Shown: positions 52,109-63,095 of the stretch, piece by piece
Numbering within the stretch: the first letter of the stretch is position 1
How the letters are laid out: each line of letters opens with the position of its first letter
DNA from: Diadema antillarum
Taxonomy: Eukaryota
NCBI RefSeq assembly: GCF_040938485.1
Contig: NW_027271283.1
Coordinates: forward strand, 1,426,001-1,490,000
Reading direction: 5' to 3'
Length of the DNA: 64,000 nt
Notes under the pieces: generated by a model
Databases searched by the model: none
Told to the model about the DNA's origin: nothing
The model's input: the letters and a program-made list of their open reading frames with translations, nothing else
Position numbers and translations under genes: made by a program

Positions 52109-54307
52109 GTGACGTTACACGATATTTTTGAAAAAGGTAAAACAAATTATAATAAAAAGGGATTTCGAGTAATGTCACAACAACGTATAGAAAGTTTTAA
52201 AATGAGTCTTGATCATACCGACTGGTCTGCTGTTTATAATATGAATGACGCTGATATAGCGTTTGATATATTCAATGAAATTGTTTTGCGTTTATATGAT
52301 GCTCATTTCCCAGTTTCATCGATCAAATTGAATTATAAAAAAATCCCAAGAAGTCCTTGGATCACCAAATCAATTTTGAGATCTATAAATCGTAAAAACA
52401 ATTTATTTTATAGATATAAGTCTAGTGGTACAGAAGAAGCAAAACGTAAATACTCAGCTTACCGAAATACTTTGACTTCTGTGCTACGTAAAGCAAAAAA
52501 AGATTATTTTTCTGCACAATTTCAAATCCATAAAAATGATATCAAGTCTACTTGGAAAGTTATAAATGATGTATTAAAAAAGAATGATGGAAAGAAACTG
52601 GGAATTGATAAAATAATACAAAATGGAACGATAATTGATGACTCCCGTGGTATTGCTGAAGCATTCAACACGTATTTTGTAAATATTGGGTCAAATTTGG
52701 CCAGAAATATTCCTTTAACGGAAAAAACATTTCATTCATTTCTTGTGAATCCCAATCCTAGTTCTATATTTTTCACGCCCGTAGATGCATTGGATGTCAT
52801 TGATATTGTAAATAATTTTAAAGCTAAACAAAGCTCAGGCTATGATGGTATTTCAATGTTTCTTCTTAAACAAATCATTTATGAAGTAGCCGCACCTTTG
52901 ACCCATGTATTCAATTTGTCTTTAATGACTGGTGTTTTTCCTAGTAAAATGAAAGTTGCCAAGATTATTCCTGTTTTTAAGAAAGGCAGACAGGACGACC
53001 TGGGCAATTATAGACCTATATCTCTTTTATCATCATTCTCCAAAGTACTTGAAAAAGTTGTCTACTCCCGAACTATCAAGTTTTTAAATGACCATGATAT
53101 CTTAGTAGACACTCAATTTGGTTTTCGCAAAAAACATTCGACTACTCACGCTGTTTTGTTGTTAATAGATAAAGTTGTTCAAGCTATCGAAGCTAAATCT
53201 CACACTGTTGGAGTTTTTCTGGACCACTCCAAGGCGTTCGACACAATTGATCATGAAATATTACTGTACAAACTGTCTCATTACGGGATTCGTGGCAGCG
53301 CCTTGGAGTGGTTCAGAGATTACCTCACAAATCGATCACAATTTGTACACATTAATGATTCTGATTCAAGCACAGCAAATATAACGTGTGGTGTTCCACA
53401 AGGCTCCCTTTTGGGACCACTTCTTTTTATTGTGTACATAAATGATTTGCCCAGGTCGTCAGCACTCCTTTCTTTCCTCTTGTTTGCGGACGATTCAAGT
53501 CTTTTTTTGACGCACAAAAATCCTACTGAGTTACTTGATATGCTTAACTCTGAGTTGAATCACGTCAATGATTGGATTCAAAGTAACAAACTATCTCTAA
53601 ATCTAAACAAAACTAATTTTATGGTGTTTAGTAATACAATCACTTGTTTACCTGGCTCAATTTCAATCACAGGAGTAAACTTACAACAGACAAATTCAGT
53701 TGAATTTCTTGGTCTTTTAATTGATTGTAAATTATCTTGGCAGGAACAAACAAATCATTTATGTAAGTTATTATCAAGAAATTTGGGTGTTATACAGAAG
53801 CTTAAGCATGTTTTCCCCACATATATATTACGTACCTTATATTCGACTTTGTTATTGCCGTATCTTCATTATAGCATACTGGCCTGGGGGAATTGTTCCA
53901 AAATACGCCTGGAGTCTATCTTTAGAATACAAAAGCGAGCTGTAAGGATTATCAATTGTACCAATTATTTAGCACCGACAAGCCCTCTGTTCAAAAGTAA
54001 TAACCTCTTAAAGATTTTTGATATATATTTTTACTCCCTTGGGATATTTATGTACCAGTTAACTAAAGACGAATTACCTTATGCTTTCACTCCCATGTTT
54101 GTAAAAAATAAAGTTATACATTCCTACCCTACAAGACAGGAAAATTCATTTCACTTTTCTCCCGTGAGAACTGCATTTGCTCTTAAAACAATAGTACATA
54201 CAGGTCCAACATTCTGGAATAGCCTTGACTCCGACATTATTGAATCGTTGTCATTGAACTGTTTTAAACGTAAACTAAAAAAATCCCTTGTGCAGGCTTA
54301 TATCTAA
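52109..54307 (+). CDS. LINE ORF2 reverse transcriptase, lacking the endonuclease domain (732 codons open)
   Basis: NYRPISLLSSFSKVLEK, QFGFRKKHST, FLDHSKAFDTIDH, GVPQGSLLGPLLF..YINDL, LFADD, LSLNLNKT, FLGLLID. Confidence 0.92.
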   Translation: MTLHDIFEKGKTNYNKKGFRVMSQQRIESFKMSLDHTDWSAVYNMNDADIAFDIFNEIVLRLYDAHFPVSSIKLNYKKIPRSPWITKSILRSINRKNNLFYRYKSSGTEEAKRKYSAYRNTLTSVLRKAKKDYFSAQFQIHKNDIKSTWKVINDVLKKNDGKKLGIDKIIQNGTIIDDSRGIAEAFNTYFVNIGSNLARNIPLTEKTFHSFLVNPNPSSIFFTPVDALDVIDIVNNFKAKQSSGYDGISMFLLKQIIYEVAAPLTHVFNLSLMTGVFPSKMKVAKIIPVFKKGRQDDLGNYRPISLLSSFSKVLEKVVYSRTIKFLNDHDILVDTQFGFRKKHSTTHAVLLLIDKVVQAIEAKSHTVGVFLDHSKAFDTIDHEILLYKLSHYGIRGSALEWFRDYLTNRSQFVHINDSDSSTANITCGVPQGSLLGPLLFIVYINDLPRSSALLSFLLFADDSSLFLTHKNPTELLDMLNSELNHVNDWIQSNKLSLNLNKTNFMVFSNTITCLPGSISITGVNLQQTNSVEFLGLLIDCKLSWQEQTNHLCKLLSRNLGVIQKLKHVFPTYILRTLYSTLLLPYLHYSILAWGNCSKIRLESIFRIQKRAVRIINCTNYLAPTSPLFKSNNLLKIFDIYFYSLGIFMYQLTKDELPYAFTPMFVKNKVIHSYPTRQENSFHFSPVRTAFALKTIVHTGPTFWNSLDSDIIESLSLNCFKRKLKKSLVQAYI

Positions 54308-54858
54308 TAATACAATTCAAACATGCAATTTTATTTGAACTCCCTCTTCTTTATCAGATTCGTTGTTTATCATATGTATTCCATGGTTGCCTTTTGTTTG
54401 TTTTTTACTGAGTCATTTATGTCAAGGCTATTCCTGAATTAATGAATCATTATGTATCATGTGCGTTTTTGCGCATTCTTACAGTTACGTAACTGTGTTG
54501 CTCGGGTGACAAGGAGTCTTGTTAACGCGTTACAGGTGGCTACTTTGTATTTCGCTATGCTTTCGTATATTTTATTCCTTTCCTTTGCTCTTTTTGCTCT
54601 CTTTTCTTTTACGTCCCTTTCCTTCCTTTCATAGTTTTCGTTTCTAGGTTGTTTAAGAAGACCAACACTTTCATATATACAGGGACCTATACATTACAAG
54701 CTTTGCTTTTTAGTAGGTCCCCACATTTCATGTTTGTTAAATTGTCTTCTCTTGTATTTTTTGTAATTTACGACGCTATGTTCAATCTTATGTTCAATCG
54801 ATCGTATCATGTTTGATGTTTTGAAATGTGGAACAATAAAATCAAATCAAATCAAACA
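52110..54858 (+). mobile_element. 5'-truncated CR1/L2-group LINE, young
   Basis: Uninterrupted RT ORF, about 550-bp 3' UTR, AATAAA plus (ATCAA)n tail; possible 7-bp TSD ATATTTG (52103-52109, 54859-54865). Confidence 0.93.
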
Positions 54859-55191
54859 ATATTTGAATTAATATCATATTTCAATGCATGTAAAATACGG
54901 TCTTTCTTTCTTCATGCTATGTTTTGTACACTGACACTCTTTGTTGAAAATGGAAATAAATGAAATGAAAATGAAAAATTACCGGACGAGAAACACATAT
55001 TACTTTCATTTTGACGATCCTTGAAAAAATAGTAAGATATCAAATAGTAAGGACCTCCCTCATCGCCTTGCTCAAAAAACCCGGACGAGAAACTACTTTC
55101 TTTTTTTACTTGGCCTAATAATAAACTTAGTAAATTGTAAAAGATTTTAGAGTATTGAACGTGAAATTGCACTTTAATTGTTATTAAACAG

Positions 55192-55631
55192 TTACCAAAC
55201 GGTTTGGCACAGACAGAGCTTGGCCTTGGAGTTGCCGAGGAGGGCACAAACAAAAGTATGACTTTATTGTAGGAGCTGATGTCAAGACTTTTTATCTTTT
55301 GTCCTCGGAAGAAGATAGTTTGGTGACTTTTTTTCAGTTACAAACAGAATGGGCAGATGCTAAGCACATAGCTGTCCATACACAGCAACATATCAGGAAG
55401 GAATGTCCCTTATCTAACATTATAAACAACACCGTTGGTCAAGTACACAATATTTTAACATTATGCGTACACTTTATGATCTTACTTTGATATCCCCGTT
55501 TTCCCCGTTTCGAAATAAGAATGTCATTTTCTTTTTCTACAGAATTAATTCATGAGAAGTTAAGGTTACAGCATCATTCCCATCAAGAACAAGCTGAAGG
55601 AAAGTCATTGAGCAGTAATTCTGGATGTTAA
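55192..55631 (+). other. Putative terminal exons of an unknown plus-strand cargo gene (55192-55255, 55338-55437, 55543-55631)
   Basis: Strong acceptors (TTTTTTCAG, CTTTTTCTACAG); phase-compatible open frame ..LQTEWADAKHIAVHTQQHIRKECPLSNIINNTV|ELIHEKLRLQHHSHQEQAEGKSLSSNSGC*. Upstream exons uncertain; no homology recognised. Confidence 0.4.
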
Positions 55632-56214
55632 TTGCATGACAACAGGTGCAAGCTATGCTTCATGACGCCGTGACACTGGTACTGAGAGCCGCCGGGAAAG
55701 CCGACATTCGTGAGGAGCAAGCCGAACATGCGAACATGAATTGAGAGTAGTCCAACTTGCATGAACATGTGCCCTTCAACATCAATTTCTAAAACTGCTG
55801 TCGTGTTCTGTCCACCAAGATCATTCCCTAAATCAAAGAGAAGAACAAATACTATGATTAATGTGTACAACAAAAGTAACTCGGCAGTTTAGAGTGTAGT
55901 GGGCAGAATTATACATGAAATAAACACATCTGCACACTAAAAGGTATCTTGCCGAAGTACAGTGTACTGACGTTAGAACAAAGTCTTTGGGATCGGCAGT
56001 TTTGTTTCGTTGTATCAAAATTTTGTGTACAACAACACAAACAAAAAAAACCAACACTCAAATATGTGATTATCGACTACTCATAATATGCTAAAAAGCA
56101 ATATTAAATGCAATCCTATCACTTTAATTTCATTGATATTGTACATTTAATAGAGAAAGTTGTTTGTACTTCATGCTTAGTTTGAAATCACATCAAAGTA
56201 GTTGAGGATTCGAG

Positions 56215-57015
56215 TACTATTCTAAAGGTTCGTTGTTCCTAATGTCCGTTGTACTATAAAAGGTTTGCCGTTTCGACGGGTAGTCGGTTTTACGGCTCGC
56301 TATTCCCAAGGTTCGTAACGGTTGTTCAAAAGGTTCTTTTTTAAATGAAAAGGAAATTTATGGTTTGTTATTCTGAAAGTCCATTAATCCGAAATGAAGT
56401 ATCATTCGATTTTTCCGAAGGTTTGTTCATCTTCAATGAAAGGTTCTTTTATATATGAAAAGGAAATTTAAGGTTTGCTATGCTGAAAGTCCATTAATCC
56501 AAAATGAAGTACCGGTATCATTCGTTTTTTCCGAAGGTTTGTTCATCCGTCAATGAGAAAATGTTAGTTATTTCATTTCGTTTATCATAAAATGGAAATA
56601 AGGTTCATTGTTCATAAAAAAGATCGTTCATCCTTAAATGAAAACGGTTCATTATCCGAAGACTTGTTGATCTAAAAACGATGATGTATGTTTTTGTTAG
56701 CAGTCCTATAATCACCTCTTCATTTTCGGAGTCACAAACGATTTTCATTTCCGATTAACTAACCTTGAAACACAAAGATTCCAAATATTTTTAGGTTAAG
56801 GAACATTCGTAATAGCGAATCTTATTTCATTTTCGGATTACTGAACGCAAGGAAAAATGAATCTTCGCAGTAACGTCATATGCCATACAATGTCGCAATG
56901 ACGGACAGTAGTTTATTTCGGATTTGCAACGAACATCTAGGTACACTGCAAACAGAATTTGTGTGTTTTGGAATTACGAACCTTCGGAAAAAACGATCGT
57001 TATTTCATTTCGGAT
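56215..57015. repeat. AT-rich element built from TCCGAAGGTT/TTCGGA motifs in inverted arrangement
   Basis: Repeated CCGAAGGTTTGTTCATC and TTTCATTTCGGATTA motifs; about 120-bp internal direct duplication at 56330-56560; boundaries approximate. Confidence 0.6.
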
Positions 57016-57414
57016 TATCTTATAATATGGCCTAATGCAAGTTCCCTGAAACGCAGAGCGATTTCTATTTAAACCCACAAAAATGTGATGCGTTCTTCAA
57101 CAAAGAGACGCTCGCTAAATTTTTCTTATGCTGAAGTCATACTGTATATCGTAAGCGTCCCGCATTTCGTTATAGGGCCTTATAGAATAAATTTCGTTCA
57201 TTTTTCTTTTTCAATGTCGCCCGGAAATTACTTCGTTCAATCGAAAATTTAGCTATAAACGTTTTACTTTTGAGTGACTCAATGATGTTTATTTTTAGAT
57301 CTTAATTTTTTCATGTGCTTCGACGTTGTAACAATATGTCGTTCGTGGTAACGCAAGTGCACCGTATCAGCTCCTCTTGCCAACGCAACATGCAGAATCA
57401 TTGTTGAGCATTAA

Positions 57415-57499
57415 CCCGTTGAGGACGAGTCCCGAGTATACTCGGGCAGGTGTCTACGGGAAACGCGTGTTGTAGCAAAATCAAACCGTCCTCAACGGG
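57415..57499. mobile_element. 85-bp piggyBac-type MITE
   Basis: TTAA TSD on both sides; 13-bp TIR CCCGTTGAGGACG; internal palindrome CCCGAGTATACTCGGG. Confidence 0.9.
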
Positions 57500-59590
57500 T
57501 TAATAATGATTCAGGGAAGAGTGGAGAGCCTATTTCAGGGCTACCATTATCCTACACATCGTACGATCTTACCTTGCTCAACTTCCATTGTGCTGTTGGG
57601 ATCTGTGCCATAAGACAAGGAAAGAAAATATATCCAAAACTGTTAAGAAATGTTCCAGTTTCACAGAGAGAAATACAAATATGCAGTGTGATATTAATAC
57701 TGAATTAGATTGGTAGCAATATATCAATGTTACTTTTATGTGTAACGTTGCTTACCTTGTTCGTTTTGGCCTTCATTACGCAACTCCTTCATTTCCTGAA
57801 TGTGAACATCGCATCAGTTCTTGGAGGTCATCTTTATGAAATTAACAGATGTAGTTTGGTTAGTATACATGTACTTGCATCTAGATTCAAACAGAATTGA
57901 TGTGGCACACGTGTAACACTTCTAAAGAAGTACGCATGTAATCTGTTTCTGCTTATGATGCGCTTATGATGCAATAACCAATAAAACAAATGTGATATCA
58001 TCATTCACTGACCAATTAATGAAGCATGCGTGTGGGCCATCATGTGAGAAGTTCTGGTAACTTTTCTTACCATAGCACATGGCCTCTCCCCTCACTTGAC
58101 TCCACGATGACGGGCGTGCTACCGCCGGACCTACAGGTGAGAGCTCACCCTCGAGTCATAGATATTACAATGATTCATAAAATGTTTGGTTAAACTATCA
58201 GCACTGCATACTCTATAACTGTAGTGAGACCAGTCTTTAAAATTGCTGCAGTACTCGCTTACGGGAGCCATTTTCAAGTTTATTTTATAAATCATTTGAT
58301 TATAAGGATTTTAAAAATGGGAATATCATTTAGATGCGATCGAAAGAAGTATCTTTGATAATTTCGTTTCCACTGTTTCACAATTATTTTTTTCGTTTGT
58401 TTTTGTTTTGTTTTGTTTATAGAGTTTTGTTTCTAGTTTTATTCAACCGTTCCTTGAATATTAAAGCACTTCCCGTTTTGTTTGTGATTATTTAAATGCC
58501 CGTGTGTATGCATACATTATACATGGGAAACTAGCGTCGGCAGCTGCGCACGTGCAGTCGGACATACATTACTAGTAAGTAGTTTTCAACACAACGATGT
58601 GTTCACAACGGGATTTGTAGGTACCGGCATACAGTCGCCAAACCAGACAATCGGAAATCGGAATATTAATTAACAATAATTAGAATTAATATTTTATCAA
58701 TAAGAAATATTCATACCGTTCAAATTTGCCATAATTCCACTGCAAAGTGCATTGGTGACTTCGTAGGTGTGTTAAGTTGCTCCATGATGCGTGTACATGT
58801 ATTGCCATTGACAGCACAGCGACTTTCACATTTCGCGCGATAAATCCACGGGAAGACGGACAACCCACAAAAGTAGACGGTGAACTAGGGGTATTTGTAC
58901 ACGAGGAATCCGTTTATCGCATGTAGAACGTGCGGTTCGGTACCCCTAAGCCCGCAAAGCCCCGAGGAAAAAGTTCGTCCGCGAAAAAGCTACCGATCCC
59001 GATTTTCGCGGACGCGATTTGTCCGCGTTTACGAAGATACCCTCGTTTGTGCGGACGATCCGCATTCTCGGACCAGCACCCCTACTGATTACTATAGTAA
59101 TACTGATCATGATAGTGATGGGATGGAACATTTGCATGCATCCCATTGACCACTGATGGTGACCGTACACTACACAGTGTGTTACTGCATCATATTTGCA
59201 CTGTCCTCAACAAGTACATCTAACTTTTTACAGTACAGACCACAGTTGCATTCACTGCACACACATAAATATTGACACAAGATTTTACCAGAGATGCCAA
59301 AATCAGATAGCAGCTCAAAAGCTCAGCGTGAGATTTTGCATGTGATCCATGACATTGAAGGCTTGAGTAAAAGCTTGTAAGGCGTGTGAACGCGAGAAAT
59401 CCCCAGTGGTGCGAGTTTCACACTAGATGGCATGAGACTTGGTACAGTGTACATGTAGGTCAGCATTACTGCAGCAGCAAATGCAGATACTTGTTGAACC
59501 ATCAGTCACATGTGAACAGATCTACTATGCATGCATACATTTTCAATTGAATTGTATTTAACAACCCCATATCTATAAAAATGTAACACA

Positions 59591-59996
59591 TGGCCGGCGC
59601 CCCCCCCCCCCCACTTTTTTTGCACCATACAAATTGTACAAAGAAATACATAAGGTGTTAGCACTTTGCCCCCCCCCCCACTTTTTTAAACCCAGAAGTG
59701 GGTAAGTGGTACTAGAAAGAGATAGAGATCTTGAAGTGTGAGGGCAATAAGGCTATGTTTTTGCGCTGAAGACCTTTTTTTTCTTTTCTTTTCTTTTCTT
59801 GTCAGCTAAAGAAACCCGAAAGTGGAAGATGAAGATGAGCTGAGGACCTTTTTTTTTTTTGGGGGGGGGGGGGGGGATTGTTAGCTGAAGAAACCCAGAA
59901 GTGGATTTTTTTTTTTTTTTGGCTTGTTAGCTCATGAAACCTGGAAGTGTGCCCCCCCCCCCCCCCCCCACTTTTGAAAATGCTCCGCTGGCCCTG
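59591..59996 (-). mobile_element. CAGGGCC-terminus MITE remnant with poly-G/C runs
   Basis: Minus strand starts CAGGGCCAGCGGAGCATTTTCAAAAGTGGGGGG; repeated CCCCCCCACTTTT motifs; same design as the ends of the 25093 element. Confidence 0.6.
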
Positions 59997-62572
59997 TAAA
60001 TTTATTTGATGACTAAAGCATGCATAAACAATATTCCATATTAGACCAAATCGTACTGTCATAATCTTCATCCAGTTTATCAGTTTTTCATTGAATGCAT
60101 GTTGAGCAAGTTGTTCACTTTTATTTGAGACTCATCTTTTGGTATCCAATGCACTGTGAGAATTATTTGTAATTATGCCTGAATATCCTTCACTTCCTAG
60201 ACATAGGTAATCCTAATATTACTAAAGGGCATGCCTACCCGTTGGAAAATTATTTCTGCCCCTACTCTTTTTTCCCCTTCTCCATGCATTATGATAGCAG
60301 TGAAACAAAAGAACATATCGTCACTGGCATGTCAAGACCTCGCATATTCTACAAAATGTCGAATGTTCAGGAGAGCCAAAAAATATGGCAGCCAAAGCAC
60401 TATAGCAAATGGGATAGCCTTTCCTTTGACATGCCGCAGTAGCGTCATTTTTGGAATAAGACAGTTCGGATTTGGACAGGACATCACTTTGACCATTAAT
60501 CCAAAAAAGTCATTTTCACCAAAATTTCAGATAAAGGTCTTGTCACCCCAGCAAAGATATGATAATGTAATTGAATGAAAAGTAGTATTATGCTCAATAA
60601 ACGTACACGCAGTTAGTAAAAATGAAGTCCTCCCAGATGCAGCACCTAATTTGAATTTTGGGATTTGGGCAGAGGTTTTCGTCTCTCAGCAAATCAAGCG
60701 TGTGAACAAATCTGCACATAGGCACTACACACCAGTGACCAGGGTCTTTGCACTTTGTTCCTCTTCTTCTCTGTGGGCAATGTAAAAGTGTAGACTATGC
60801 AAGTGTGTTCATGTCTCACTATAATTGAATTTAAAGTTTATGAAGGTCACGTGTACATTAAGCATTGTGGGATAAATATGTAAAGTAGTAATTTTGATAA
60901 GCCACATAAAATTTACCTACTGTGACTTTCGTTCAGAGAGTAATTTCTTTGCAAGAGAGAAAAAAAAAGTTTTAATGGCTGAAAAGATTAAATTGGCAAG
61001 GGGAATGGAACCACCCATGCAGGGGATCCAGCAAGAAGTAGAATACGCTGTATACTTCAAAACAAGCAAACAAACACCTGGCTGCCACAGGCTGTGTATG
61101 ATTCAGTCCTCTGAGGTAAATACACCTCTGCTCAAACACAGGGCCCAAGTGTCATTGAGCTATCAGTGATTATAGCCTTTTGAAGTACTACTGTCAGTAT
61201 TCAGTTGTACTCCATTTAATAGTCTTTTTTTAAAAAGTCCACTTAATTTGGGAAGTATCATTTCTTCTTTGATTACACTCGTTGAATACATTTCATTGAT
61301 GGCAGCCAGCTACACACGTACATTGTTAGTAATAACTTCAGTATCACTTCTTGGACTTGATAGTTGCGCATCATTGATTGTGCTGTGGTACATCGATATG
61401 TACACTAGGCACACTTAGCTTTGAAGAGACTAACAAACAATTTAAAAAAAGTAGTCCAAAGATTTATTTGTTCTCCATTTCTAAATATATAGGTGATGAA
61501 AGCTGCGATTGGTGCATCACCAGAGTGATGCGTATCCCATAAAAATCATTCATCCTTTGACCTGATTGTCATTGAACTCACAGCCATGCTATGACTTGAA
61601 TTTTCCTTCATTATCCCATTGAATTCTTTTAGTGAAAGTATGTTAAACTCTTTATGTAACAACGTTTCTACGAGAACAGCTCAACTTTCCAGATGTAAAC
61701 GAGATGGACTGAACTGCACTGGAGTTCTTCTATGCTCTGTGAAAATTAAGAGTGTTGTTTTTCCCCTTGTCAAAGCTGCTGTGAAAGTTGAGATGGCAAG
61801 GTTTATTTAGTGGTTGTTGCTAAGGGTATGCTGCCCTCTCAGTTGTAGGAGCATCCATGTCTCTCAGTGATGCCACCACTGGAAAACGTCATGTTAGACC
61901 TGCCCTGGCTAAGAGCGCTTGTCGATGAGAGGAATATTACTGAAGTAGCAGCTCGGCATTAGTCATCCATATGTAATCTGAGCACACTTTTATCACTTTA
62001 TTTCCCGCTCAAGCAGCTGTTTTTCTGTTACCCTGCGATACTTATTAGTAACGATTATGTGTCAGCTAGCCTAATTAAAATCATCCTCTTTTGCCACTGG
62101 GTTTTTTTTTTCCTTCATATTCTGTCCACCCTCTCTCCCACCCTTCCAGTGCTTAAAAATATAAATGTGGATTGAGTGATGCAACAAATTAGTGGAACAC
62201 ATCCGTGAAAGTTTGAGGAAAATTGGACAATCAATTCAAAAGTTATGAATTTGTAGAGTTTTGATGCCGTCATCGCTGGATATACATGACATCATTCTGG
62301 ACAATGTGATAAAAGAAAATATAACAAGAATTCCACAGAATTTTAATTTTTCATGAAATGTACAAATACCAACATCTTGTTGCAGACACATTGTAGTGTG
62401 CTACAGGTGTATGTACAATGTATGTCCCTCTTCTTTCTGAAAGAGGTAATTCAAGTGCTCTTTCATTATGAAAATATGTTGAATCTTCTTTATATTGTAG
62501 TCCACAATGACATCATGAACCTTAGTAGTCTCCCTAACCAGTGATGACAGCACCGGAATTAAAAAACTTTAT

Positions 62573-62990
62573 GGGCAATTCCGCGGTTAGTAACGTTACA
62601 TTTAAAGAAATTTGATATTTATTTTTACTACTAAATCACCATTTATTAATTTCAAGTCAAAATTATGTTAAAACATGTTCATCCTTCCCAGGTCTATGAT
62701 ATAGAAAAGAATGAGTACAATCAAATAAATATTAGAATTGCTATGGCAACTAAAAGGGCTGGTTAGTAACGTTACGAAAAAAGGACATGACAAAAAAAAT
62801 CAATGTCTTGTAACAAAAAGTGTTCAAAATTTCAAGTTACTTCAAACAAAGTGTTGCATTAATTTCAATTACTGCATCATGACAAATGTTCACACAAATA
62901 TTTTTAGCAGTTCAACCGATAATTCATTAACTGGACCCCCAAATGCATGGTTAGTAACGTTGCGCAATGCAGTTGTGCAGTGACAGGCCA
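62573..62990 (+). mobile_element. One end of a GGGCAATTCC-type DNA transposon
   Basis: GGTTAGTAACGTT recurs at 62585, 62761 and 62949 after a GGGCAA terminus similar to the 8359 element; partner end not found. Confidence 0.4.
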
Positions 62991-63047
62991 GTTATCGTGT
63001 TTGCGAAGAGTTGATAAACGCAACTATTTTGGAAGCCGTTTCTAAAG

Positions 63048-63095
63048 GACTTTGGAAATGGCTTTGGAAACGGCTTTGGAAATGGCTTTTGAAAG
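63048..63095. repeat. 12-bp tandem repeat GGCTTTGGAAA(T/C), four units
   Basis: Read directly; explains the KPFP-repeat ORF at 62951-63244. Confidence 0.85.

Larger units (their letters stand above)
45871..55115. mobile_element. 9.2-kb (about 1.9 kb native) TIR element with TAA TSD, PIF/Harbinger- or Zator-like, non-autonomous
   Basis: TIR GGCCAAGTAAAAAAA(A)GAAA..AGTTTCTCGTCC at both ends; TAA at 45868-45870 and 55116-55118; TTTCTCGTCC and ACTATTT motifs repeated subterminally. Confidence 0.8.
55628..58732 (-). other. Putative five-exon cargo transcript (..58717, 58130-58071, 57831-57756, 57602-57573, 55827-55628..)
   Basis: Four consensus donors (GTATGA, GTAAGA, GTAAGC, GTAAGA) and pyrimidine-rich AG acceptors; exons of 60, 76, 30 and 200 nt. 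Coding status is ambiguous because every frame of the 76-nt exon contains a stop. Confidence 0.55.
44599..59087. mobile_element. 14.5-kb TIR element with 5-bp TSD, carrying nested TEs and spliced cargo exons
   Basis: TIR CAGTAGGGGTGCTGGTCCGAGAATG(A/C)GGATCGT (33 bp, first 25 perfect); ATTAC at 44594-44598 and 59088-59092; repeated (A/C)GGA(C/T)G subterminal motifs at both ends. Confidence 0.88.

Noticed and set aside
55338-55437. KECP similarity to the RAG1 C-terminal region
   Set aside because: Only four residues match and no RAG1/Transib catalytic context is present; treated as coincidence.
60231-60578. Overlapping ORFs of 115 and 66 aa
   Set aside because: No recognisable motif or convincing exon boundaries on either strand.
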